From the NCBI GenBank assembly GCA_023334545.1, contig JAADVB010000054.1, positions 24,063-88,062 on the forward strand: a stretch of DNA of 64,000 nucleotides, given 5' to 3'. This stretch comes from Salisapilia sapeloensis CBS 127946 (taxonomy: Eukaryota > Protista > Oomycota). Each line of letters opens with the position of its first letter. The stretch's first letter is position 1. A program made the position numbers and the translations under genes. Shown here one piece after another: positions 1-9,016 of this stretch. The notes under the pieces are model-generated. The model saw nothing but the letters and a program-made list of their open reading frames with translations, made no database searches and was not told where the DNA came from.

Positions 1-1925
1 TCATTCACAGATAGCCGCAAAGACTCTGCTTCCTCCGCAGCGACAACCATTGTATATGTTTTCTTTCTTGCAGCGTTCTTGCTCAGTCCTGCTGCCTCAT
101 AAGTCTTCTCCATGACATTTGTAAACAACCGAGTGAGGTTTGGCATCCGCTTGTAGATGGCAGACACAACTTCAGTGCTCATCTCGTATATTTTGTAGTT
201 ATTTAGATTAGTTAGTTGAGAATGCAGTTGATCCATTTTCATAGCAAACTGTTGTTCAGGAGTCAAATTATCACCAAGAGCAGCTGCCAAAACTTCCCTG
301 CTTTCCGTCTTACCTTCGTCCTCATGTATTGGAATGGAAACTTCATCGTCATGATAGGATGGTTCGGGAGGGGGTGCTGAAGTTTCCACTGGAGCTACAT
401 GAACGACAGAATGAATTGCAGCAATCTCTTTTTTCCTCGGTTGCTTCCCATCAAGTAGTTCAATCAAATCCCATGCCGCCTCAAACGTAGCTGGAGTGAT
501 TCCATTCTGAACTTGTAGACTTTTATCGGTTGCATCATGCTCAACAAATTCCATGAGAACCTTTTGAAGTTTTTCTTTTGCGATGTCTCGATTCTTCACA
601 GCGACCAACGCTGGGTCTTCCTCCACTTGTACTTCCGGTCGCATGGTCGGATGGACGGCAAAATCGCTATACGATCTTCCCCTCTGAATATTGACACTAT
701 GGAAATGATGTGGAGCCGGTTCCCGTCCTCTTTCGAGAATGTGAACCTTTGTTGCTTTTACAGGAGCAGCCTCGACTTCTTCTTCACTATTTTCACGATG
801 ATCTTCAAATGTCTCGGTGATCTTATGAAGTCCCACGAGTGTGCTAGGGCGCTGTCCGCTTTCGGTAATATTTAGAAAAGGAAGTTCATTTTCTTCTTTC
901 TGTTCATCTACTTTGAAGTCTTCTCCTCCTGAATCGTCTTCTTTAAGCTCTGCAGCAACAGCGGCTTGTAAAGGCTCATACAACGAAGATGTCTGGTCGA
1001 GATTTTGCAGCAAATTGGACATGCTTGATGAAGGAAAGCGCTCTACAAGTGCATGTGAAACTTTGCTCGCGCTTTCCTGGTCAAGATCTACGGACATTTT
1101 GGTGAAAAACTCGATGTACTGAGACTGTGGTAGATCCCAGAAATGAAGTAAAGTATCCACTATCCGCTGATTGACTTCATCAATTTTGACTGTCTTCTGA
1201 CTACGTAGCTTTTCATTTTCATCTAATAAGGCTTTGCTTGCTTTTTCCATGCGCTGGCAGTATATATAGTACGGAATTCGCTTTAAGGATCCATCATTAT
1301 CGTCTTTGCACACTGTGAGCGCATAATCATCAGGGTGATCGTCCATGCTTACATCCTTGTACAGTAGCATTGCAAGCAAGTCTCGAAGTGAATGCAGTGT
1401 GTCTGCGTAGCGAAAGAACCTCTTTCCATCACTAGCATCACTATCTGAAATGACGAGGGGTAGACTTCGAAAGAGCGTATCGAGGACTTCCCATACCAAG
1501 TCACTTTCATCTGCATTCCCGAGCGTACCTTTCCACTGCCGAAAGAACTCTTTCAGAATGGCATCCCCTCGATCACTTGTAAATAATTGCCATACACTGT
1601 CCTTTTGTTGCCGCCTTGGTGACTTTAGAGGTGATAGCTGTTCCTCCTCGACTTTCGAGGATGGTAACAAACTTTCCAAGTTACCACCTCGCGAGGAGAT
1701 GGATGCGTCTCGTAAAAGTTGATGAAAGTGCAGTAGCTCGTGGTGGAAATTGGATGAAATCTGCGTTTGCATCGGCAAGTGAAGCGCGTATGGTTCAATC
1801 CGCTGCAGTTTCACTTGTCGCGGAGACAGACGCGGGTGACGACGAGGTCGTGGTCCATCTGCACCTCGTCTTGGATCCCGAGGCGATAGGGCGCCAAGCC
1901 CATCTTTCGTTGGGAATGAGGCCAT
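1..1925 (-). CDS. Large uncharacterised protein (>640 aa), runs off the left edge of the window
   Basis: Manual translation of the minus strand from the ATG at 1925 (MASFPTKDGLGALSPRDPRR...) stays open to position 1 (...AEEAESLRLSVN). It is absent from the ORF track because its stop lies outside the window. Acidic and low-complexity segments; no family motif recognised. Confidence 0.8.
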   Translation of the reverse strand, partial: MASFPTKDGLGALSPRDPRRGADGPRPRRHPRLSPRQVKLQRIEPYALHLPMQTQISSNFHHELLHFHQLLRDASISSRGGNLESLLPSSKVEEEQLSPLKSPRRQQKDSVWQLFTSDRGDAILKEFFRQWKGTLGNADESDLVWEVLDTLFRSLPLVISDSDASDGKRFFRYADTLHSLRDLLAMLLYKDVSMDDHPDDYALTVCKDDNDGSLKRIPYYIYCQRMEKASKALLDENEKLRSQKTVKIDEVNQRIVDTLLHFWDLPQSQYIEFFTKMSVDLDQESASKVSHALVERFPSSSMSNLLQNLDQTSSLYEPLQAAVAAELKEDDSGGEDFKVDEQKEENELPFLNITESGQRPSTLVGLHKITETFEDHRENSEEEVEAAPVKATKVHILERGREPAPHHFHSVNIQRGRSYSDFAVHPTMRPEVQVEEDPALVAVKNRDIAKEKLQKVLMEFVEHDATDKSLQVQNGITPATFEAAWDLIELLDGKQPRKKEIAAIHSVVHVAPVETSAPPPEPSYHDDEVSIPIHEDEGKTESREVLAAALGDNLTPEQQFAMKMDQLHSQLTNLNNYKIYEMSTEVVSAIYKRMPNLTRLFTNVMEKTYEAAGLSKNAARKKTYTMVVAAEEAESLRLSVN

Positions 1926-2116
1926 CGAACTCAAAACCTGGAGCTGGAATAGAAATGAAGTCGAGTCTAAATATATCTTGGAGTCTATCTAGTAGCTCTA
2001 GCAACTAACGCATCCATGATTCGTACTTTCGTATCTTTATTTCTTCATGTTAAGTCTTGAAACAAATGACCTAGCTTTGTACAGCAGTCCTACGACGTGG
2101 CTAAGCTAGACCTCTC

Positions 2117-3286
2117 TCATGCAAAGGACGGCGAACGAGTCTTCTTGCGAGTCAATGTCTTGTCTGTGACCGTCCAGTTGCCCATGAGACATAGGTAGTC
2201 TCCTTCAAATGTCGTGCGTGTGTACCCTCCTTTCCGCTTGTACGAGATATGCTCATCAATGGCAAGAATGTCATTCGAAAACAAATCGTTCTTCTCATTC
2301 TCGAGCGCATGACGATCAGCGTACACACTGACCGTGTATCGAGATGGACGGAAGCATCGCAAAACATTTTTCAAAAGAGATTCGTAGCGTCGAAGCCTAG
2401 CATTCGTCTCGAAACTGACATAGCTACAGTGACTCTCCGGTGTGATGTGGATCGTGTAGTATGCGTCGAATAAGATGCCGTTCATCGAGTATCCACAAGG
2501 GTCAAAGGCAAAGTCATCCAGGATAGCACCAGGGACGAGGTCGCGGATGCCACTCTTGATGGTCATCTGACGAGAGGTTAGGCCCGGGTTTTGTTCCTTG
2601 GAAAACTGTTCCGACACACTCGGGTGCATATCCTGCATCAGAACGTGCAGCGTCGATTCGTCCGCTGGGCCTCGCTTTATCGCAGGCATTCCGAGCGGAA
2701 GCATCGAAGGCGATTCATGGCTTTCGCTGTCCCAGACGTAGAGGTACCAGTGGTCACGGTTCAATGGTCCAAGGACGTGGGCTGAACCATCCGGAAAGAA
2801 GGAATTCAAGTAACCCACTTCCGTTTCGAAGGACGTGTGTGGGAACTCTTGGCCTTCCGGGAAGGTGTAGTTCTTCCTACTGTAGCTCACCCATTCAATG
2901 GACATGCCGAGAGACTTGGCATACTCTTGGATGAACGGAATTGTCTTGAGTAACGTCGTCGTACCGCACGTCTTTATCACGACCTTGTGTGCGTAGACGA
3001 AGAGACTGGATTCCGACAGGACATACGCGTCGATGTGAGCATTCTCCACTTTCGACAGGATCGTGCACTGAGCAGCATCTAGCATGGCATCGATATCTTC
3101 TCGTCCGACAGCTCGGAAACCGAGTTCATGACCGACACCGCGCTTAAAGTCGATTTCAAGGTTCTTTTCCGGCCCTTCAAAGCTCGTGAGCACGGACGTC
3201 GTATCGGACGCTTCGGACTCTGTCGAAAAGTTGTCTTCATCCGAGACAGGAGGCAGTGTAATAGCTCCTGGGAATTTATTCACCAT
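2117..3286 (-). CDS. SAMDC: S-adenosylmethionine decarboxylase proenzyme (AdoMetDC), 389 aa, intronless
   Basis: Family motifs FEGPEKNLE, YVLSE|SSLFV (autocleavage site that generates the pyruvoyl group), IKTCGTT, FDPCGYSMNG and TIHITPE. Start context aagATGg. Confidence 0.97.
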   Translation of the reverse strand: MVNKFPGAITLPPVSDEDNFSTESEASDTTSVLTSFEGPEKNLEIDFKRGVGHELGFRAVGREDIDAMLDAAQCTILSKVENAHIDAYVLSESSLFVYAHKVVIKTCGTTTLLKTIPFIQEYAKSLGMSIEWVSYSRKNYTFPEGQEFPHTSFETEVGYLNSFFPDGSAHVLGPLNRDHWYLYVWDSESHESPSMLPLGMPAIKRGPADESTLHVLMQDMHPSVSEQFSKEQNPGLTSRQMTIKSGIRDLVPGAILDDFAFDPCGYSMNGILFDAYYTIHITPESHCSYVSFETNARLRRYESLLKNVLRCFRPSRYTVSVYADRHALENEKNDLFSNDILAIDEHISYKRKGGYTRTTFEGDYLCLMGNWTVTDKTLTRKKTRSPSFA

Positions 3287-3304
3287 CTTGCGTCTAGTCG
3301 AGTG

Positions 3305-3412
3305 TTAGGCTGGGTCGTCGCAAGCGCCAATATAGAAAAAGCCAGTGAAGATCGTAGTCTGGTCAACGATGTCGTCGGTTGCGGAGTCCCAGACAAGTAG
3401 TGCCAGCGGCAT
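3305..3412 (-). promoter_or_regulatory. 35-codon upstream ORF in the SAMDC 5' leader (MPLALLVWDSATDDIVDQTTIFTGFFYIGACDDPA*)
   Basis: ATG at 3412 and TAA at 3307-3305, ending 18 nt before the SAMDC ATG. It is the only minus-strand ATG between 3687 and 3287. All six Asp codons are GAC. A regulatory role is inferred from known AdoMetDC uORFs. Confidence 0.75.
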
Positions 3413-3549
3413 GAACGAGGAAACAGAAAAGCGGCTAGTACGCCGAGGTACGTGAACAAAAGCTGAGGCTCGGATGGCTTTCAGCTAATGGGATGCTAGT
3501 ACGAGCACAATGCAATTATTCGACAGCCAACAAAAAGGAACAGCCGAGA

Positions 3550-3640
3550 TAAAGACAAATGCTCTAGGATCTACAAGGACAGACAAAAAATCCAAAGTAG
3601 AAGGATTCGAGTGATTGGTAGGCCGAAAGTATCGAAGTGA
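3550..3640 (-). promoter_or_regulatory. Putative SAMDC core promoter (CCAAT box plus Inr/FPR-like elements)
   Basis: CCAAT on the minus strand at 3618-3614. Inr/FPR-like TCACTTCGATACTTTC near 3640-3625 and GCATTTGTCTTT near 3560. Both candidates lie upstream of the uORF ATG. Confidence 0.4.
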
Positions 3641-3773
3641 GACGAATTTCTAGATTTCAAGATTTGTCCTGTTGTGGCTTTTGCCACCATGCAAATTTGA
3701 CTGGACTTTCGTATACCGTGACAGCTGGATCTTCAAGCGTCATCATCTTATTCCGAAGGGTTGTGAACAGTCA

Positions 3774-5057
3774 CTACTTGGCAGCGATTGCGGTTGGATC
3801 GAGCGGGAGGCAATGGATGCTCTCAGTCGTGTCTTCTCCACGCTGGTCGTGGTTGATGAAATGCGGATGGTCACATACGGCTGGTGTCGATAGTTTTAAC
3901 GTGTAATCACAAGTCTGACCTTCTTTCACGGATAAAATGTGCTGCGTCGACCCGCCTGGACTGCAGTAGTAGTACACGGTAGTTTTACGTTGGGTGACGA
4001 CGTCGAATTCTCTGCACGGAGTACCTTTTGTATACACTTCAACAAAAGCCGGTCTGGAAACGTCGTGCGTGGCGTCAATGTGTTCCATCACCAAGGCTGC
4101 TCCATTGGCCTCCATCTGCGTATTCTTTTGCTGGTCGAACGTCCCGAGGTTATAGTCTGTTACGATACGCCCATTTCCGTTGCGATGGTATTGTCGGACG
4201 CCTTGACCGATACAGAACTCGTACGTCCACCATCCGTCATTCCGTTTCGAGCAGACATGGGCATCTGCTAATGGTTTTAAGAGAGAACGTACGGGGAAGA
4301 GCGTGTGATCCTTTAATCCAGCAAATTTGGCATCACAAAAGACATGGGAGGTTACAAGGAATGCTGAAATGGATCTTGTTCCATCCATTTCAACGGCAGC
4401 AACGGCATTGTCCGATTGCACGTCACTGCACATGAATTGAACACGAATGTGGTGGTCATCTTCGACAAACGTTTGGGTAAAGAGAGGCCTAGAAAGGCTC
4501 TCAAGTCTACTTTTGATCGTAGGATCGATGAACTCGTTGTAACTTACAGCGGTCTCGATGCCATCGGATGTGAATTTTCCGAGAGAATGGACGGTGTGGC
4601 TGGATGGTTGCTTGCTGCCTACACCAGAGACAGCACTGGAGCCGTAGTTGTACGGCTTAAGATTGATCTTTCGAAGTAACATAGTCGGACAGACCTCGTA
4701 TACCCAATTACCTTGGACATCAGCGTACTGCACACACCTCGGCATGATTTTACCGACGGCCGTACGTGCAAACGAGACAAACGCACGGTCCTCTTCTTCC
4801 TGCAGCTTCTTTGTTCGAGCTTCCTCTGATGACATACTATCTTCCTCGGACTGTATGGACGGAAAGAAGCATTCAAACTGCTGTCCAGACGCGAGCGTCA
4901 TGATTTCAGGCTGCAATTCACCCCAATTCGGCGGCTGCACGAAGCTCTCGCGATCAGGGTGCATCTCCACGACATACGAGAGGTCATTCCCACTTAAAGC
5001 ATGTACATACGAAGCTCCAGCGACGAGCAAAGCGGCATAACGTAGTACATGCATCAT
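3774..5057 (-). CDS. OS-9/erlectin (XTP3-B)-like ER lectin with MRH domain(s)
   Basis: Signal peptide MMHVLRYAALLVAGASYVHA. MRH motif WWTYEFCIGQGVRQYH...Y.KGTPC...RKT.V.Y.C...VKEGQTCDY, plus a degenerate N-terminal MRH (NWVYEVC). Start set to the ATG at 5057. Confidence 0.85.
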   Translation of the reverse strand: MMHVLRYAALLVAGASYVHALSGNDLSYVVEMHPDRESFVQPPNWGELQPEIMTLASGQQFECFFPSIQSEEDSMSSEEARTKKLQEEEDRAFVSFARTAVGKIMPRCVQYADVQGNWVYEVCPTMLLRKINLKPYNYGSSAVSGVGSKQPSSHTVHSLGKFTSDGIETAVSYNEFIDPTIKSRLESLSRPLFTQTFVEDDHHIRVQFMCSDVQSDNAVAAVEMDGTRSISAFLVTSHVFCDAKFAGLKDHTLFPVRSLLKPLADAHVCSKRNDGWWTYEFCIGQGVRQYHRNGNGRIVTDYNLGTFDQQKNTQMEANGAALVMEHIDATHDVSRPAFVEVYTKGTPCREFDVVTQRKTTVYYYCSPGGSTQHILSVKEGQTCDYTLKLSTPAVCDHPHFINHDQRGEDTTESIHCLPLDPTAIAAK

Positions 5058-5141
5058 CCTCGGCTTCCGCGTTTCGAAACGTGTATTGGTGTAGATTTGC
5101 AAGACATTAACTTCAATTACAAATGTGCATTTAGAAACAAA

Positions 5142-6203
5142 ATGAATTGGATCGTGATCGTGGCTGTGGCGAGTGCTGCTGTATCTGCGACTGCAGCAGT
5201 AGTACTAGCACGAAATGTAGCTAGGCATAGACGTAGCGATGTACTATGCCAAGTCCCCCTTTCAACGTACTTGAGATTTGTCTTGGCGACTAAATTGCAA
5301 GCCTTCGTGATTCATCTCTCGGGCGTAGCGAGTGAGTGGGAGCATTTGCCTCCTGTCACTCGACTTTCACCTGAAGTTGTTCGTGTCATGGGACATAACC
5401 CTGGAAGAATGACTTTACGCGGTACGAACACGTACCTCATCGGAACTGGATCCACTCGTTTGCTCATTGACGCTGGCGACGGGAACGATGCTTTCATCTC
5501 GTCACTCCAGCAAGCAGTCAAGGCCGAAGGCGTGACGGAGATCTCGGACTTGCTCCTTACCCACAGCCATCTTGACCATATCGGTGGCATCTTGCGTATC
5601 AAGGAGATGTACCCTGCCATGCGTATTTGGAAGTGCTTCCCAGGACAAGAGCTTTCGAACGCTATCAAGGTGTCTTCATCGGATTGTCAGGCTCTAGGTG
5701 TCCAAGAGGTGGTCGACGGACAAGAATTTACCGCCCAAGGAGCTCATCTGAAAGCTGTTTACACGCCAGGACATTGTGTGGATCACATGTGCTTCCTCTT
5801 TGGCTCTTACCTCTTCTCTGGCGACTGCGTTCTTGGCTATGGCAGTGCTGTCTTTGACTCGCTACATGACCTGATGGCGTCTTTGAGAAAGCTACTGGAG
5901 TATAAACCGACAGTCGTGTATCCAGGACATGGTCCTGTGGTATCTGATGCCCAGAGCAAGGTACAAGAATACCTCTCTCATCGAGATGAGCGAGAGCAGC
6001 AGATCTTGACAGCATTGGATCAATCGATTGGAAAGACTGTCGACCGGATTGTACAAGACGTGTATGGTGATTTGAATTGGTTACTCCGCATCGGTGCGAA
6101 ACGCAGTGTTCGACAGCATTTGGATAAATTGCAAGTGGAGAAGCGAGTGGCACGAACGGAAGCAAGTATGTTTTCGAACAGCAAATATCACTTGATTATA
6201 TAA
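5142..6203 (+). CDS. LACTB2: LACTB2-like metallo-beta-lactamase-fold hydrolase with a hydrophobic N-terminus
   Basis: NPGRMTLRGTNTYLIG, THSHLDHIGG (HxHxDH), TPGHCVDH, SGDCVLG and PGHGP. Likely start MNWIVIVAV at 5142. Confidence 0.88.
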   Translation: MNWIVIVAVASAAVSATAAVVLARNVARHRRSDVLCQVPLSTYLRFVLATKLQAFVIHLSGVASEWEHLPPVTRLSPEVVRVMGHNPGRMTLRGTNTYLIGTGSTRLLIDAGDGNDAFISSLQQAVKAEGVTEISDLLLTHSHLDHIGGILRIKEMYPAMRIWKCFPGQELSNAIKVSSSDCQALGVQEVVDGQEFTAQGAHLKAVYTPGHCVDHMCFLFGSYLFSGDCVLGYGSAVFDSLHDLMASLRKLLEYKPTVVYPGHGPVVSDAQSKVQEYLSHRDEREQQILTALDQSIGKTVDRIVQDVYGDLNWLLRIGAKRSVRQHLDKLQVEKRVARTEASMFSNSKYHLII

Positions 6204-6271
6204 ACCCTAAAAAAGTAAGAGGACACTACTACACGTCGTCTCGCTTCCAATGGCTTGGACGTACCATATAC

Positions 6272-7996
6272 TTAGTCTCGACCGTACGCACCAGTGTACT
6301 GTCGATTCTGTTTCACTAGTCGATTCGAATCTTCCGCAAGTTCATTCATACGCATGATTTCAGCTAATAGCTTGCGTGTATCCCACGGCTCTTGCTGATT
6401 CTCAGCCAAATCAGATGCACTAAGAGCTGACTTGAGCGTCTTCTTATTCACAATATTCATACTGCCATAGTCATCGACAAAGGCTGCCTCTGGTAGACGA
6501 TTCAGTGCCATCTCATCACTTACGCTAGAGTAACCATGTAAAGCCATGTTTTCACTCGACATCGATGTCTTCGTTGACGAAGACCTTGCATCGGACATAT
6601 TGCGCTTGCGTAGACTTTCCAATGGGACTTGTGTACGCATTGGATGGCGCATACGTCCAGAAGTATTCGAGCTCCCACTGCGGACACTTGAAGCATCACT
6701 TCGACTGCGTGCATATGAGTCTTCGATCGCTGTGCCATAGTTCGATCCGGCATACGGATCCGACTGATAGTCCGAGCTATGATACGACTCCACTCGTTGA
6801 GCGCTATGGAAAGAGCCTTCACGTGGACCACTACGGTAGCTGGAGCTATGTTGAGACTTCTCGTACGTATCACTGTACGCTCCAGTGCGGAAGGATGCAG
6901 GCGTCGCAGATGTCGTGGAAAAGTAAAAGGCAGAAGAACCGTTGACGACTTGCTCACACATCGAGTCGAGACTCGTTGGGTCACGCAGATCGACGTTTCG
7001 GATGAGCTGAACACACTTTTTACACATGTCGTGCATCACGACGTCTATAAAGTCTTCTCCTTGTGCGAGCACACGCTTTCGAATGACACATTGCGTACAT
7101 ACAGGTCGGTGGCAGACAGCACATTCTTTATGCGAACGCATCATCCGGACTGGGCGTTGGTGGCAGATCTCACAGCGACCACTCGAAGCGTTTGGTTTCG
7201 GATGCATCGTGCCGTTGGCTGCTTTCACGAGAGCAGCGCCAATCCTCGCGTGAGCGCAGTCCATTGAGCGCATGACCTTGCACCACATGACGGCGAACTT
7301 GAGGTCAGCAATCCAGTCGACGACTTTCCCACCAGGTTCACAAGACCCGAGCATGTAGACGGAGACGCCGCCTGTGGCATTGCGAAAGTAGAGGTAGCAC
7401 ACACTTAGTTTCGCTCGTACACACTCTTTGAATGGCGGACAGGTAGCTAGTTCCACGGACTCAGTCACAGTGTACCCGATCTCTTCGCCACGAGGTGTGC
7501 GCATGAGACCGCACTGCTCATACCAGCAGTGGTCTCGCTTCTTGACCAGACCTTTGGATGGACTGGTGACCGTCATCCACTTAAAACCTGCCGAGTAGAA
7601 CGGGTTTTCCGGTGATTGGCGAGCGATGGAGCCGAGGACAGCGCAGTCGACCAGGTCGTCACGGTATACGGCGCTCACTCGTCGGAAGTCTCGCGTGTTG
7701 TCCGCGTATCGGCCGTAGAGGACTTCATCGAGCGTACCATCGATGGAACCGGAGCAGAGGAAGCGAGGTGCATTGGGGTCGTCGTGACCGCGACGTCGGA
7801 AGACGGTGAGTCCGCCGCGTTGCTTGAGTGCCTTCCAACGCTTCCCACGCTCTTCCGTCGGCATCGACTGTTCTTCCAGGCACATATCTAACGTTCGCTG
7901 TACGAGCGAGTCGCCCCAGTTTTGGAAACCCTCGGCATCTTCTTGGGATAATTGTACTGGTTCGAAATAGTTTTCAGGTAGTGGAAACACACTCAT
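6272..7996 (-). CDS. START-like domain plus degenerate FYVE zinc finger protein (oomycete-expanded family)
   Basis: N-terminal F.PV.LS.ED / W...K.RGGLTVFR / G.LDEVLYG.Y pattern typical of the family. Cys cluster CEIC..CAVC..VCTQC..CKKC. Ser-rich tail. Confidence 0.85.
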   Translation of the reverse strand: MSVFPLPENYFEPVQLSQEDAEGFQNWGDSLVQRTLDMCLEEQSMPTEERGKRWKALKQRGGLTVFRRRGHDDPNAPRFLCSGSIDGTLDEVLYGRYADNTRDFRRVSAVYRDDLVDCAVLGSIARQSPENPFYSAGFKWMTVTSPSKGLVKKRDHCWYEQCGLMRTPRGEEIGYTVTESVELATCPPFKECVRAKLSVCYLYFRNATGGVSVYMLGSCEPGGKVVDWIADLKFAVMWCKVMRSMDCAHARIGAALVKAANGTMHPKPNASSGRCEICHQRPVRMMRSHKECAVCHRPVCTQCVIRKRVLAQGEDFIDVVMHDMCKKCVQLIRNVDLRDPTSLDSMCEQVVNGSSAFYFSTTSATPASFRTGAYSDTYEKSQHSSSYRSGPREGSFHSAQRVESYHSSDYQSDPYAGSNYGTAIEDSYARSRSDASSVRSGSSNTSGRMRHPMRTQVPLESLRKRNMSDARSSSTKTSMSSENMALHGYSSVSDEMALNRLPEAAFVDDYGSMNIVNKKTLKSALSASDLAENQQEPWDTRKLLAEIMRMNELAEDSNRLVKQNRQYTGAYGRD

Positions 7997-8410
7997 AGTG
8001 CGTGTGTGCAGTAGGCAGCAGATAAAGAAATGATATGAGGTATGGAGAGAACGACGTTGCGATGGAGAAACATTTGGTGACGTGCAACAGTATCAGGGGC
8101 ATCCGAAAAAGATTAGTAAGAATCGCGTTCATGACGCAAGTTATTATGCTAGGACATGTATATAAATAGATGCCAGACATTCTTGCTCCGAATCTACTTT
8201 GCTACTTTTATCGGATCTCTTGACTAGCCGGGGCTGATCCTGATAAGCAAGCAGCATGCTGCGAGGTACTGGGTCGAATTAGATCGTGCATAAACGAGTG
8301 CATACAAGACGTCATGTAGATAAGTTGTTCCGACAAAGAAGAAATTACCAGAAGGTATCAAGATCGCTCGTCGAATTTGGACCCAGTGGATTCTTACCAG
8401 TCAATCAGAT

Positions 8411-9016
8411 TTACGTCTCTACACGAGCGTAGGCGTGTAGTACTAGGTAGGTTTCTTGCGCTAGTCTTCGAGTGGTCGAGTCTGTCGACCGATGTTTGGC
8501 CTGTAAGATACTGCACAGCGGTAGGATGGCACGATGGTACTCCGTTAGCCCTTCCCCGGCGCAAATGGCGATCTGCTGCAACAAAAGCAGCATACGTTGA
8601 TTCGCAGCATGTTCCCGCGTCCGCAGTGCCTGCTTAAATAGTGGTACGATCTGAGGTAACGCATTCACTAGCCTTTCTTGTTCTTTCTGATCCATATCCT
8701 GCAATTCCTCCAGTAGGCCCATCGCTGCATCGAACGCAAAGGCAGGATACGGTTCGAGTGTATCTTGCACACCGCCGATGCAAATGGTCAGGTAATGCCC
8801 GAACACATCCTCCGGTACTCGCCTTGTCCACCGAACAAGATGACCTTCGAAGTCACCTTTTTGCTGCGTAATGCTTAATGGCAACTCTCCTTGTTCTAAT
8901 TGCATACGAAAAAGGGTCTGTTTCTTCGATTTCGTACGACTCCTTGATGGGGTTGTTGGGTGCGATGACGACGCCTTGGATTGCTCTTCCTCCGCTCGCC
9001 ATACCTGAGTCGCCAT
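8411..9016 (-). CDS. PACRG-family (parkin co-regulated-like) protein
   Basis: GELPLSI..W....HYL.I...G..DT.EPY.. and LPQIVP.FKQAL.T....L..LQQ.....GEGL..Y.RAILP resemble the ParcG domain. The 3' end may be spliced further. Confidence 0.7.
   Translation of the reverse strand: MATQVWRAEEEQSKASSSHPTTPSRSRTKSKKQTLFRMQLEQGELPLSITQQKGDFEGHLVRWTRRVPEDVFGHYLTICIGGVQDTLEPYPAFAFDAAMGLLEELQDMDQKEQERLVNALPQIVPLFKQALRTREHAANQRMLLLLQQIAICAGEGLTEYHRAILPLCSILQAKHRSTDSTTRRLAQETYLVLHAYARVET

Noticed and set aside
3128-3400. 90-aa + strand ORF spanning the SAMDC start and uORF
   Set aside because: Antisense to two minus-strand ORFs, with no independent support.
5049-5141. ORF-track N-terminal extensions of LACTB2 (from 5049) and OS-9 (from 5102)
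   Set aside because: They overlap each other's coding starts. The ATGs at 5142 and 5057 give sensible targeting sequences.
7974-8180. 68-aa ORF overlapping the START-FYVE start as a possible uORF
   Set aside because: An Inr/FPR-like TCATATCATTTCTTT near 8040-8025 suggests the TSS lies downstream of this ATG, and the sequence looks like promoter DNA.
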